Assembly: GCA_038243585.1 (NCBI GenBank)
Contig: JBBSQY010000005.1
Span: forward strand, 1-64,000
Length of the DNA stretch: 64,000 nt
Direction of reading: 5' to 3'
Origin: Candidatus Sumerlaeales bacterium
GTDB lineage: Bacteria > Sumerlaeota > Sumerlaeia > Sumerlaeales > Sumerlaeaceae
Below the pieces are notes generated by a model. The model searched no databases. It was not told the origin of the DNA and was given only the letters and a program-made list of their open reading frames with translations. Of the stretch, positions 50,385 to 60,841 are shown piece after piece (positions within the stretch are counted from its first letter, which is position 1; each line of letters begins with the position of its first letter). The position numbers and the translations under genes were made by a program.

Positions 50385-51620
50385 ATGAAAAACGTTGTAG
50401 CGCTGGTGCTTGCCGGCGGAATAACCGGCGATTATGGCGTGCTAACCCAGAACAGGGCCAAAGGTGCACTAACAGTCGCAGGTAATTACCGAATTATCGA
50501 TTTTGCGCTTTCAAACCTGGTAAACTCCGAAATTTCTAATATCGGTTTGATCATTCAGTATCTTCCCGGGTCCCTCATAGAACACGTTGGTTCCGGTCAT
50601 CCATGGGATTTGGACAACTACGGCAAGAGCCTAAACATCATGCCACCGTTCGTGGGCGTTGAGCACACCGAATGGTATAATGGCACCGCAGACGCAATTG
50701 CTCGAAACCTTAATTTTGTCCGGGAGCATAAGGCTGAGCACGTTGTCGTGCTTAGCGGTGAACATATTTTCCATATGGACTTTCGTCCTGTGATTAAAAC
50801 ACATATGGAGCGCGGTGCCGATCTTACCGTGGTGACCCGTCAGCTTCCGCCGGACGAGCAAAAGCAGCGGTATGGCTATGTAGTAGTTGGAGACGACAGC
50901 ATAATTTCAGAGTATCATGAAAAGCCCGCCACACCGCCATCGGACATTGCTGCCACCGGAATTTACATTTTTAAAGCATCTGTTCTTACCGAACTCATTG
51001 ATAGAAATCCTTCCGACGCTAAACGCAATCTTGCCAAAGATGTCATTGAGCGTTTTGCCGGTGATATAAACACGTATGAACACCGGCTCACTGAGTGCTG
51101 GGAATATCTTGAGAATGTTCGCGATTACTATAACGCGCAATACCGGCTGACTGCCCAAGGAAGTTTGGAAAAGCTCCGAGAGTGGAACATTCTGACCAAC
51201 TTGAAATTTCGCCGTGTCGGACATGCTCCCGCCGCCAGCTTCGGCAAATCCTGCCGCGTTGAATCTAGCATGATCAGTCCCAAATGCAACATTCAGGGCA
51301 CAGTAGAAAACTCAATACTCTCGCCTGGTGTAAAAGTTGCAGCAGGAGCCGTCGTTTCCAACTCTATTCTACTCCATGATTGTCATGTAGGCGAGGGTGC
51401 AATTTTGGAACATGTTATTGCAGATCGCGATGCCGTCATCAGCGCCGGCGCGATCGTGGGGAAAATGGAGAGTGGTACTGATATCACGCACGAAGACTAT
51501 CCTCTAACCCTGATAGGCAAAGGCGCCCATATCGGGGAAGGAATTGTCATAACTCCAGGCCGACAGATTCGCCCCGGCCAGAAGCTGGCGACACAAGAGG
51601 CCGCAAACCTGGAGAGTTAA
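50385..51620 (+). CDS. ADP-glucose pyrophosphorylase family protein with degenerate active site (GlgD-like)
   Basis: LAGG..LT..RAK.A....YRIIDFALSN, WY.GTADA, EKP, C-terminal beta-helix; SGEH instead of SGDH and no W.DVG motif. Confidence 0.8.
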   Translation: MKNVVALVLAGGITGDYGVLTQNRAKGALTVAGNYRIIDFALSNLVNSEISNIGLIIQYLPGSLIEHVGSGHPWDLDNYGKSLNIMPPFVGVEHTEWYNGTADAIARNLNFVREHKAEHVVVLSGEHIFHMDFRPVIKTHMERGADLTVVTRQLPPDEQKQRYGYVVVGDDSIISEYHEKPATPPSDIAATGIYIFKASVLTELIDRNPSDAKRNLAKDVIERFAGDINTYEHRLTECWEYLENVRDYYNAQYRLTAQGSLEKLREWNILTNLKFRRVGHAPAASFGKSCRVESSMISPKCNIQGTVENSILSPGVKVAAGAVVSNSILLHDCHVGEGAILEHVIADRDAVISAGAIVGKMESGTDITHEDYPLTLIGKGAHIGEGIVITPGRQIRPGQKLATQEAANLES

Positions 51621-51785
51621 CAGGCTACCCGACAACCAGCTCACTTCATTCCGTGGCTACAGACAGACCGGGAACAAACCTAAGCAGGTAATTCCTAATA
51701 AACAACGCCATCCGAAAGCTTCGTGTCGTCCTAATGATTATCCTCATCATAAATTATCCCACGAATTCTTTGATTTACATGACAG

Positions 51786-52826
51786 CTAATGTTGGTCTGC
51801 ATAGCCGACCAATCCCGCAGGAATGCTCGCCCCGGGCATGGGGTTAATAGTTAAACCCCGTTGCGCCAGACCCTGCAATGTCTCAACCGGGGGAATCTTT
51901 AAGTCTTCAGAATATCGGCCATACATATAATAGGAATCGGAGTAGCAATCCACCTTCGTAAAACGTCTTACAAATAACCCGCCGCCCAACCTGATGGTAA
52001 TCTGTGTGGCGGTTGGTGATTCGCTTGACGAATCTGTCTGGTACGCCAGGAATTGACGAGATTCTTGCACTTCTCCGTTACGAAAGGATATTTCTTCCCT
52101 GAGCTGGCCACTGGAGCTCACATTTATGAATAGAGATATAGCGTTGCCCAAGGTGTTGCTCAACGTGAATCCCGGCTTTAATCGAAGGGAAATTGATGTG
52201 GAATCTGTCTCTACTTCCAGTGTCTGGCCGCTCGCTTGACCGTGGTCGAAGTATAGTTTCAGCCATGCATATCCAGTCTGAGAGAGGTATCCAAAAGAGT
52301 GAATGTCAGCATTGACCACGCCGTTTTCTTTATACAAGCGAACTGCCAATGGCCATTGAATGTCCGCGCAGAGCGGCACACCATCGGAAGTCTCAGAGCT
52401 TTTAATGAAAGTGTGAGAAATTGGCGCGGTGCTCAGTTCCTCAATCGAAAAGCACATTGCGGAATCTTCCGAAATTTCTGTCTGGGTGGTATAAGAGAAT
52501 CCGATATGGCGGAAATTGTGTCGAAGCATAGTCGCGGAAGTGATTAAAGCGGCTGCGATCGCCTCTTCAGTTTGAGAAGATTGAAAAACCATAAAACGAG
52601 CAGTATTTTCCAACTGGTCTTTTTGGATTGGCGGCCGGAACTCTTCCATCGTGTAGCAAGACCGATGCTCTGTTCTGAGCTGATTAGTTTCATAGGAGCT
52701 TAGTAATTGACGAATAGCCGCGGATGTGCTTTCATCAATCGTAGAACTCTTTTCAGCGCGGCAAAGGAAAACGGACGCGAGAATCGATAAAAGTAAAATC
52801 GGCCTATTACGCAGCAAGCTCATCAT
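51786..52826 (-). CDS. Hypothetical exported protein
   Basis: 346-aa ORF with signal-peptide-like N-terminus and GGAG upstream; no family recognised. Confidence 0.65.
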   Translation of the reverse strand: MMSLLRNRPILLLSILASVFLCRAEKSSTIDESTSAAIRQLLSSYETNQLRTEHRSCYTMEEFRPPIQKDQLENTARFMVFQSSQTEEAIAAALITSATMLRHNFRHIGFSYTTQTEISEDSAMCFSIEELSTAPISHTFIKSSETSDGVPLCADIQWPLAVRLYKENGVVNADIHSFGYLSQTGYAWLKLYFDHGQASGQTLEVETDSTSISLRLKPGFTLSNTLGNAISLFINVSSSGQLREEISFRNGEVQESRQFLAYQTDSSSESPTATQITIRLGGGLFVRRFTKVDCYSDSYYMYGRYSEDLKIPPVETLQGLAQRGLTINPMPGASIPAGLVGYADQH

Positions 52827-52907
52827 TCCAAAGTCTCCTGTTTAATTTGACGATAATGGCAACGAAGATCCACGGCTACGTATTATACTTTTAACCAGGA
52901 AGACTCC

Positions 52908-54182
52908 CTACGCGGAAGCCTTCTGTTTCAGGATAATTTCCGGCTCCGCTTTGTCGTCTATACATTCTTTATTAATTCGGATCTCCTCAATCTCAGAACT
53001 CCGAGTGGGCAGATCATACATGACATCCAACATGACCGACTCCATAATAGAGCGAAGGCCTCGTGCGCCGGTATCGGTTTCCAAAGCTTTTCGGGCCATT
53101 GCGCGCACAGATTCATCCGAAAACTCCAGATTGACGTTTTCCATCTCGAAAAACTTCTTGTACTGCTTCGTCAGCGCATTACGCGGCTTTGTCAAAATTT
53201 GCACAAGGTCATCTTCACTCAGTCCATCCAATGTGGAGAGTACCGGCAGTCTGCCTATCAACTCCGGGATGAATCCAAATTTCAGTAGATCCTGCACCGT
53301 GACGTGAGCGTAAATATCCCCAAAGCTCTGCTCATTTCGCGAACGAATGTCCGCGCCGAAGCCCATAGTTTTCGTATGAATACGTCGTTCGACAATCTTA
53401 TCGATCCCGCTGAAAGCGCCGCCGCATATGAACAAGATGTTCGTGGTGTCGATCTGCACGTACTCCTGCTGAGGATGTTTGCGACCGCCGCTGGGCGGCA
53501 CATTCGCCACAGTGCCTTCCAGCATTTTCAGCAGGGCCTGCTGAACCCCTTCGCCGCTGACATCCCTGGTGATTGAGCGATTTTCAGACTTGCGGGCGAT
53601 CTTGTCAATTTCATCAATATAGATGATGCCCTTCTCAGCTTTTTCCTTGTCGTTACCCGCATTCTGCCACAGCTTCTGCAACACGTTCTCTACATCTTCG
53701 CCTACATAGCCAGCTTCCGTCAAAGTCGTTGCGTCCGCAATGGCGAACGGCACATCAAGTATGCGGGCAAGAGTTTGCACGATCAGGGTTTTACCGCTGC
53801 CTGTAGGACCGATCAACAAGATGTTTGACTTGCTCAGTTCCACATCCTCGTTGCCGCTATTAAACAGAATTCGTTTATAATGGTTATAGACTGCGACGCT
53901 CAGGACCTTCTTGGCGCGTTCCTGGGATATAACGTACTGATCCAGGTAATCCTTTATCTCGCGAGGCGTAGGAAGTTGATCCATACTACGCCCGACGGTG
54001 GATAAGCGCGTTTCCACCTGATCCTGCCCCAGTCGCTCATTGCATACATTTACGCAATCATCACAAATGTAAACACTCGTCATGGATTCCTTGTTAGGCA
54101 ACCCGCGAAACAAAGTTTTTACCGTGTGTTGATCTTTGCCGCAAAACGAGCACTTCAGCCGCATCCCTTGTGTCTCCACCAA
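52908..54182 (-). CDS. clpX: ATP-dependent Clp protease ATPase subunit ClpX
   Basis: CSFC..ICDDC zinc finger, [41 protein letters not shown]. Confidence 0.98.
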   Translation of the reverse strand: MVETQGMRLKCSFCGKDQHTVKTLFRGLPNKESMTSVYICDDCVNVCNERLGQDQVETRLSTVGRSMDQLPTPREIKDYLDQYVISQERAKKVLSVAVYNHYKRILFNSGNEDVELSKSNILLIGPTGSGKTLIVQTLARILDVPFAIADATTLTEAGYVGEDVENVLQKLWQNAGNDKEKAEKGIIYIDEIDKIARKSENRSITRDVSGEGVQQALLKMLEGTVANVPPSGGRKHPQQEYVQIDTTNILFICGGAFSGIDKIVERRIHTKTMGFGADIRSRNEQSFGDIYAHVTVQDLLKFGFIPELIGRLPVLSTLDGLSEDDLVQILTKPRNALTKQYKKFFEMENVNLEFSDESVRAMARKALETDTGARGLRSIMESVMLDVMYDLPTRSSEIEEIRINKECIDDKAEPEIILKQKASA

Positions 54183-54316
54183 CGATAATTCTCCGTAAAC
54201 AAAATCCGTGATGGCCGCAGAGAAACCGCAGCCTCAATAAACTGTACCCGTAACCCGAAACGAGCATTCAACATCCACCAGTAACTAGCACCGGCCGTTA
54301 AGTTGGTAAGCTTCCC

Positions 54317-55630
54317 CTACGGTAAAACTGATGCTGGGGTCATGACGGCTGGCGTTGGCAGCGGCCTGTCAACTGCAAGAGACGACGACGTCGCAAAGGC
54401 CCCAAGTCGCGCCAGGGTTGTGGTAGTCGACCCTGCTTCGGCGGTGCCGCTTGATGAGTTCTCATTACCAGTCAAACTTAGCAATTGGCCTACCGTGACG
54501 AAAGTGTACCCCTTCGCCCTAAAATGGTCAACCGCTTTCCGTGTAACATCCAGTACGGTCTCTCTGCCCTTATGCTTGCGATCATGCATTAATATGATTG
54601 ATCCGTCGCCCGTTTGTTTAATGATCGTGCTAAGCATGGCATCTGTGGAACGGTTTCTCCAATCCTCAGTATCCACATCCCAAAGGATAATCTTGTATCC
54701 CATTTTTTCGCAAACTTCGTCTACCTTGCTGTTACGCGCTCCATAGGGCGGGCGCATCGTTAAAACGTCCACTCCAGACGCCTCTTTAATCAGATCATGA
54801 GTATCCTGTAATTCTTTGAGGATTTTCTCTGGGCTTTGTTTTCTCAAGTCGGGGTGGCTGTAGGTATGGTTGGCTAATTCAAATCCACTGTCAGCCAATG
54901 CCTTCACCAAATCCGGATGCGCCTTTACCATTTCGCCCAGCATATAAAAAGTGGCAGGGACGTTGTTGGCTGTCAAATACTCCATTAGTTTCGGAGTCAG
55001 GTTCGGGTTAGGTCCATCGTCATAGGTGAGAGCGATCCATTTTTTACCGGTCTTATGGCTGCTAAACGTCAACTTGTTTTTCGTATCTACAATGGCCAGC
55101 TTAACCTCTGGTGTTTCTATCGCGGCGGTCTCAGCAGAAGAACTTTCGACCTCAGGAGTGGATGGCTCGGTTGGCGCTTCGACTTTAGAAACTTCTGCTT
55201 TTGAAGAACTCACTTCTTCCAACCTTATAGAGCTACTTTTACCCTTTGGCTTTTTGCTTTCAGTGACTGTTACGTCACTGCGGCTGCGAGAATTGCTTTG
55301 AGCGGCCGCCGGTTTTGATTTTTTACCCGCATCGGATTCGGAAGACCGTTTCACAGGGGTACGATCCATGTTGTACGGGGTAACTACCGGGCGTTGCGCA
55401 CCCCTTAACTGCTGCTGGGCCGCCGGGGTTACATAGGCCGGTTGCGACACAGACGATCTAGCGGGTTGCTGTTGCGTTCCATAGAAGTTCTGTCCTCGCG
55501 AGGGAGCCGCGGTAGGACCCGGCTGCGCGGGAAACGTCTGGCCGGGGCTATAACCGTTTTGAGCGTAAATGTTTGGCGAAATAATAATAACAGCCGTCAT
55601 GAAAACGGCAAAAATAGCTGATCGGATCAT
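54317..55630 (-). CDS. Exported polysaccharide deacetylase (CE4/NodB) with long disordered N-terminal region
   Basis: LTYDDGP, NHTYSHP, RPPYG, WDVDTEDW, ILMHD; start approximate. Confidence 0.92.
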   Translation of the reverse strand: MIRSAIFAVFMTAVIIISPNIYAQNGYSPGQTFPAQPGPTAAPSRGQNFYGTQQQPARSSVSQPAYVTPAAQQQLRGAQRPVVTPYNMDRTPVKRSSESDAGKKSKPAAAQSNSRSRSDVTVTESKKPKGKSSSIRLEEVSSSKAEVSKVEAPTEPSTPEVESSSAETAAIETPEVKLAIVDTKNKLTFSSHKTGKKWIALTYDDGPNPNLTPKLMEYLTANNVPATFYMLGEMVKAHPDLVKALADSGFELANHTYSHPDLRKQSPEKILKELQDTHDLIKEASGVDVLTMRPPYGARNSKVDEVCEKMGYKIILWDVDTEDWRNRSTDAMLSTIIKQTGDGSIILMHDRKHKGRETVLDVTRKAVDHFRAKGYTFVTVGQLLSLTGNENSSSGTAEAGSTTTTLARLGAFATSSSLAVDRPLPTPAVMTPASVLP

Positions 55631-55883
55631 CTTAACCACCTGGTCGTATAAGTGCCAAGACATACACAAAGTCCTCACCAGAATTGTTTAGGGTTAGATC
55701 CAAAAAGTCTTATGTAGACCAACGTAAGCTTTCCTTTGCATTTGCGAAACCACCGTTTTTCCCATGTTTTCAAACGAAATACAGCGTTAAAGGAAGTAAT
55801 TTGCAGGATTTTCCGCGTTAAACTTACATTTTTTAGCCACTTTAGATTAATGCCCGCCAATCTCTTGTCTGTAAATCCATATT

Positions 55884-58334
55884 ATGACCAAACGTAAAGA
55901 AACCGCTAAAAAGAAACCTGTCGTTGCAGAAGTTGACAGCGAACTGCTACCTTTAATCCCGCTGAAAGATATTGTTGTCTTTCCCGGATGCATAACGCCG
56001 TTGTTTGTAATGCGACCTAAAAGCCTGAATTCACTTGAGGATGCGGTTGCTTCAGATAAGCGCTTGTTTCTAGTGACGCAAAAATCCGTAGAGGTGGAGA
56101 CTCCAGCAGCCGCTGATCTTTACGAACATGGAACCGTTGCCGAAGTGCTGCAGGTTTTAAAAATGCCTGACGGCGCTGCCAAAGTATTAGTTGAGGGTCA
56201 GTTTGTTGCGCGAGTGCTGGGTTTTGAGCAAAACGACCGCCTTTCGCGAACCTTAATAGTGCCTTTTGAAACGCTTAAGAGTGATGATCCGAGCCTGGAA
56301 GCAAAGATTCGCCTGGTTCTGAACCAGTTCGAAACCTATGTTAGGCTCTATGACAAAATACCTGATGAGCTCTACGCTTCTATTCGCAACTACGAAGATC
56401 CTATTCAAATAGCCAATGCCGTCAGCCATTACGCCAATTTTAAAACCCGCGATAAACAGCAACTCCTGGAAACCCAGCATCTGGATAAAAAGTTAGTCCT
56501 GTTAAGCCAGCTGCTTGCCATGGAAAATGAGCTGCTTGAGCTGGAAAACCAGATCATGACGCAGGTACGGACTCAGATCGGCAAGAGTCAGAAGGAATAC
56601 TTTCTTAACGAACAACTCAAGGTTATTGAAAAAGAGCTGGGCTTAAGCGGCGAAGAAGATATTGAAATTGAAGAGCTAGCCGACAAGATAGACGCCAGCA
56701 AACTTCCGGAAGAAGCTCGGGAAAAAGCAACTCGTGAACTGAACCGCCTGGCAAAGATGGCACCCATGTCACCGGAAGCCACTGTCTCTCGCACGTATAT
56801 TGAATGGCTTCTGGATCTGCCATGGGGCAAAGGTACAAAGGACAAGCGAAACCTGAAAGCTGCACAAGAAGTGCTGGACAGAGATCATTATGGCTTGGAA
56901 AAGGTAAAAGATCGAATTACCGAATACCTGGCTGTTCATCAGCTTACGAAACATCCTAAGGGTTCGATTCTTTGTCTAGTTGGCCCTCCGGGCGTGGGAA
57001 AAACCTCACTCGCCAACAGCGTGGCCGACGCACTAGGGCGTAAATTTGTGCGCATCAGCCTGGGCGGTGTACGGGACGAAGCGGAAATCCGCGGTCATCG
57101 GCGTACCTATATTGGCTCCCTGCCTGGCAAAATTTTGCAGGCCATGAAAAAGGCTGGAACATCCAATCCTGTAATTCTGCTCGACGAGATCGATAAAATG
57201 TCCGCTGACTTCCGCGGCGATCCAGCCAGCGCCCTACTAGAAGTTCTCGATCCGGAACAAAACAAAGCTTTTAACGATCACTATCTTGAAGTCGATTATA
57301 ATCTTTCCGACGTCTTTTTCATAACCACCGCCAACACCAGCAGCGGAATTCCTCACCCGTTGCTGGACAGGATGGAATTGATTCGTCTTCCTGGTTACAC
57401 GGAAGAGGAAAAGATAATGATCGGCGAACGCTACCTGGTACCAAAACAGATCGAAGCAAACGGGCTGGCGGACAGAAACATAGAGTTCAGCCGCCGTGCA
57501 GTCCAGGTGCTCGTAGTTAACCACACGCGGGAAGCTGGTGTCCGTAATCTGGAGCGGGAGATTGCTACCGTATGCAGACGCATCGCCAAAGAACTCGTGG
57601 CATCCGGCGCAAAAGCATCCAAAAGCGCAAAACAAAAGATTACGCCAGAGCGAATTCGCGCTATTTTAGGACCAAAAAAGTACAAAGATTCTGAAGGACC
57701 CAAAGATCCCGAAATCGGCGTAGCAACTGGTCTTGCATGGACGGAAGTGGGTGGGGAAATTCTGCCGGCTGAAGTTACTGTAATGAAAGGCAAAGGAACT
57801 TTAGTGTTAACGGGGCAACTAGGGGAAGTTATGCAGGAAAGTGCAAAGGCAGCCCTCAGCTATATTCGATCGCGTAGCGTCGAATTGAAACTGCCGGAGG
57901 ATTTCTATCAGAACCTTGACATCCATGTTCATATTCCCGAAGGTGCAATTCCCAAGGATGGACCAAGCGCCGGCGTCACTCTTACTACAAGCATGGTAAG
58001 CGCGTTAACCAAACGTCCGGTCCGACAGGACATCGCCATGACCGGAGAAATCAACCTGCGCGGTAAAGTGCTAAAAATTGGTGGCTTGAAAGAAAAGGTT
58101 TTAGCCGCTCACCGCGCGCACATTATGGACGTCATAATTCCCAATGACAACATAGACGATTTGGAAGACATTTCACGCAAAGTCCGCAAAGAAATGAAGT
58201 TCTACCCAGTTGAAAACGTTGACCAGGTTTTGGATATGGCTCTAACTTTAAAAGCTGTAAAGAAACCAGAACCGCGTAAAGCAGCTTCGCGTACTCCGGC
58301 CAAGACTACGGCCCGCACCCCCCGCCGCCCGTAA
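55884..58334 (+). CDS. lon: Lon protease (LonA)
   Basis: LON N-domain, [44 protein letters not shown]. Confidence 0.98.
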   Translation: MTKRKETAKKKPVVAEVDSELLPLIPLKDIVVFPGCITPLFVMRPKSLNSLEDAVASDKRLFLVTQKSVEVETPAAADLYEHGTVAEVLQVLKMPDGAAKVLVEGQFVARVLGFEQNDRLSRTLIVPFETLKSDDPSLEAKIRLVLNQFETYVRLYDKIPDELYASIRNYEDPIQIANAVSHYANFKTRDKQQLLETQHLDKKLVLLSQLLAMENELLELENQIMTQVRTQIGKSQKEYFLNEQLKVIEKELGLSGEEDIEIEELADKIDASKLPEEAREKATRELNRLAKMAPMSPEATVSRTYIEWLLDLPWGKGTKDKRNLKAAQEVLDRDHYGLEKVKDRITEYLAVHQLTKHPKGSILCLVGPPGVGKTSLANSVADALGRKFVRISLGGVRDEAEIRGHRRTYIGSLPGKILQAMKKAGTSNPVILLDEIDKMSADFRGDPASALLEVLDPEQNKAFNDHYLEVDYNLSDVFFITTANTSSGIPHPLLDRMELIRLPGYTEEEKIMIGERYLVPKQIEANGLADRNIEFSRRAVQVLVVNHTREAGVRNLEREIATVCRRIAKELVASGAKASKSAKQKITPERIRAILGPKKYKDSEGPKDPEIGVATGLAWTEVGGEILPAEVTVMKGKGTLVLTGQLGEVMQESAKAALSYIRSRSVELKLPEDFYQNLDIHVHIPEGAIPKDGPSAGVTLTTSMVSALTKRPVRQDIAMTGEINLRGKVLKIGGLKEKVLAAHRAHIMDVIIPNDNIDDLEDISRKVRKEMKFYPVENVDQVLDMALTLKAVKKPEPRKAASRTPAKTTARTPRRP

Positions 58335-58350
58335 TATTTTATTTGGAAGC

Positions 58351-58387
58351 TTGCGGTCCTCGATGGTTAAACCGTCGAGGATCGCAA
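58351..58387. terminator. Long hairpin between convergent lon and a hypothetical gene
   Basis: TTGCGGTCCTCGATGGTT / AACCGTCGAGGATCGCAA with G-U pairs on the + strand. Confidence 0.7.
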
Positions 58388-58446
58388 TGCTCAGCGGGGT
58401 CGAAGATAACTCCTGTGGATTTATCCATCATCCCTAGAATCCCTGA

Positions 58447-59487
58447 CTACTGATTGGCAGACGGCAATTCTCCAGTAGCATAAGGAGACCTTCTGGTATT
58501 TTCCTTGCGCTTGCGCGCCGACTCAAGCAATTGTGCCAGGTTATTCTGCATCACTGCATCCACTGTAGAAGCTGATTGCGCTGCAACGCCGTTTACCATA
58601 ACAGGTTGACGTCCCGCTTCCCCATGAGACTTGACTGCCGTTCCCGGCTGACTTGTCAGCAGTCCACTCTGATTCAGAGGGGATTCGGCCACCATATCCA
58701 TTGCCGTGTTACTTCGCTGAGGACTAACCGTTCGCGTCACCACAGGGGATGCCGGCAATTGCATTTCTTTAACAGAAGGCGGATTTGCCGCGCGCGGTAT
58801 AACTGCAGCTTTGTCCTGTTTCGCCTCCGGCGTAACTCGCATAAAGTTTGCAGGGGGACGTGTGTTCTCAATATTACCTTGCGCTTTGCCTTGGGTTGCA
58901 TCAAGGTATTTTCGCTGAGCTTCAGCTATCGCTTGCTTCGCAACATCGCCAGTACCCTGCCGGCTTGTCACGCGTTGGCGAACTTGCGCCATGTTTTTTT
59001 GGTCGCTTAATTGATGAATCAGTGCCCTTGCGTGATCGGAAACCCCCCATTTTGACGGGTATTTCTTATCCACAACCTCTTGGGCGGCAGATAAAGCGAA
59101 TTGCCGGTTCTGTTCCATCTCGTCCGCAGTTGCACTCGCGCGCATCTTTCGATTGTAAATTTCCGCAAGAAGATAGTGATGAGCCGCGCACCGCTCTTTA
59201 TCAGTACTATCTGTCTGGAACACGTTATAAGCAACCTGCAGGGCTTCGTCATAACGCTCCCCACGCATCAATAGCTGACAAAGCTCCTGTTGCTTTAGAC
59301 AACGAGTTTCCGCGTCTGAACAGGCGAGCACGCCACTGGCGCATTTGTTAATCTGGTTTTGAAGCTGCTGCTCATGATAAGGGTTTAAGTTACGCCCGGA
59401 ACGAGCGCTCTCTGATGCTCCCTGCAGCGTCGTTACTGATCCTATTAACAGGAGTGCCATCCAACGATGTCCACTTAATATCATCAA
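58447..59487 (-). CDS. Hypothetical exported protein; helical TPR-like N-domain, low-complexity C-terminus
   Basis: Signal-peptide-like start, LCQLLMR.ERYDEAL and HYLLAEIY helices, several Cys. Confidence 0.65.
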   Translation of the reverse strand: MMILSGHRWMALLLIGSVTTLQGASESARSGRNLNPYHEQQLQNQINKCASGVLACSDAETRCLKQQELCQLLMRGERYDEALQVAYNVFQTDSTDKERCAAHHYLLAEIYNRKMRASATADEMEQNRQFALSAAQEVVDKKYPSKWGVSDHARALIHQLSDQKNMAQVRQRVTSRQGTGDVAKQAIAEAQRKYLDATQGKAQGNIENTRPPANFMRVTPEAKQDKAAVIPRAANPPSVKEMQLPASPVVTRTVSPQRSNTAMDMVAESPLNQSGLLTSQPGTAVKSHGEAGRQPVMVNGVAAQSASTVDAVMQNNLAQLLESARKRKENTRRSPYATGELPSANQ

Positions 59488-59511
59488 TATGCTTTCCCAT
59501 CTTCTACAATG

Positions 59512-60624
59512 TTACACAACGTTGAGGGGCAGGCAGATTGAAAACGTTGTCAATCTATTTGGTATGCTTTCCACACAAACAGTTCCCCGGTGCGCTTCGG
59601 CTATGGATTTCACCACGTAAGCGCCCAGGCCACTTCCCTCGATACTGCCTTGGGCCTGGCCACGTCTATACCGTTCAAAAATTTCGGGAATCTCACTTGC
59701 GCTAAGGCCTGCTCCCTCGTTAGAAACTGAAATGGCGATTCCTGCGACGTCACAGCCCTTATCCGCCGCCACCATAGCCGCCCTGGCTGAAATGGTAACG
59801 TCTGTGCCCTCCGGAGAGAATTTGCAGGCATTCGACAGCAAGTTGCCTACCGCCCGAAACAAAAGCCCCTCATCAGCCTCAAGGAGCGGCAGGTCATTTT
59901 CAATTTCGAGTCTAAGCCTAAGACGATGCCGATCTATCTCTACCTGAAAGGTAGTGGCCAGATCATGGATAAACAGTCCTACGTTCACATCGTCCAGGCA
60001 AAGATGGAGTTTCCCGGAATCAATCTTGTTAGTAGTGAGAAAATTGTCGATCAGCGAAAGAATCTTTAAGCCGCTTGAGTTGATGATTTTAACAAAATCC
60101 TCCGCACGAGGACTAATGCTGCCGCTCTCCTTCTCAAAAATCAAAGTGCTATATCCCAGGATCGATGAAAGCGGGATTTTTATATCATGGGTTAGCATAC
60201 AAAGCATATCTTCACGAAACCGTGCATGTTCGACTTCCTCGAAAACCCGCTTTAAGATATAGCCCATCTCCTCTTGCAAGCCAGGCCACACCACATAATC
60301 GCGCGCTCCCGCCCGAAGGCTGAGGATGGCGGATTCACAAGCGGCGCAAGAAGTTATAGCTATTACCGCAGTATTTTTAGGCGAATGCGCCGAACAGACA
60401 AAATCCAAACCACTCCCAGCTTCATCCGTTCGGATTAAAACCAGCGGGAAATCCCGCTGCTCAAACTGCTCTATGGCCGCCGCAAGGTCGGTCACCGTTT
60501 CCGGCGCATAACCCATCTCGCGCACAACAGTTTCTAAGTTGTCGTCTACCTCTGGGCGATCATAAATAAGCACCCTCTTAGGCGTACGTAAACAAACCCG
60601 GCTATCGGTTTCACGGTGCGACAT
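59512..60624 (-). CDS. Hybrid histidine kinase (degenerate receiver + HisKA + HATPase_c)
   Basis: LTHDIK.PLSSI H-box, NLLSNA.KF N-box, IFE.Y, GSGLG; N-terminal REC-like domain (A...LRAGA.DYV). Confidence 0.9.
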   Translation of the reverse strand: MSHRETDSRVCLRTPKRVLIYDRPEVDDNLETVVREMGYAPETVTDLAAAIEQFEQRDFPLVLIRTDEAGSGLDFVCSAHSPKNTAVIAITSCAACESAILSLRAGARDYVVWPGLQEEMGYILKRVFEEVEHARFREDMLCMLTHDIKIPLSSILGYSTLIFEKESGSISPRAEDFVKIINSSGLKILSLIDNFLTTNKIDSGKLHLCLDDVNVGLFIHDLATTFQVEIDRHRLRLRLEIENDLPLLEADEGLLFRAVGNLLSNACKFSPEGTDVTISARAAMVAADKGCDVAGIAISVSNEGAGLSASEIPEIFERYRRGQAQGSIEGSGLGAYVVKSIAEAHRGTVCVESIPNRLTTFSICLPLNVV

Positions 60625-60717
60625 GCATTTATCTGACTTAGTCTAGCTGTCATTGCCAGTAAAATACGTATACCGCGCACTTTTTTTCCCGTTTATATAC
60701 ACGCGCCGATTGTTTCC

Positions 60718-60745
60718 TTGAATTACCGAAGCCCATAGGCATAAT
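60718..60745 (+). promoter_or_regulatory. Candidate sigma70-type promoter for thrS
   Basis: TTGAAT-N16-CATAAT. Confidence 0.45.
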
Positions 60746-60841
60746 GGCAAATATCTAAAGCCGGAAAAGCGGGTTCGTATCCGCTAGTGACACTTGAGGT
60801 TCTGCGGATTCCTACTCTTTTTCGGCGTATCTGGCTAAGGA

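Noticed and set aside
59066..59074. Perfect DnaA box TTATCCACA, plus near-boxes at about 58414-58429
   Set aside because: The perfect box is single and inside a CDS; no box cluster or AT-rich unwinding element, so no support for oriC.
60768..60785. GGTTCGTATCC resembling a tRNA T-arm
   Set aside because: No D-arm, acceptor stem or CCA at the right spacing; treated as part of the thrS leader rather than a tRNA gene.
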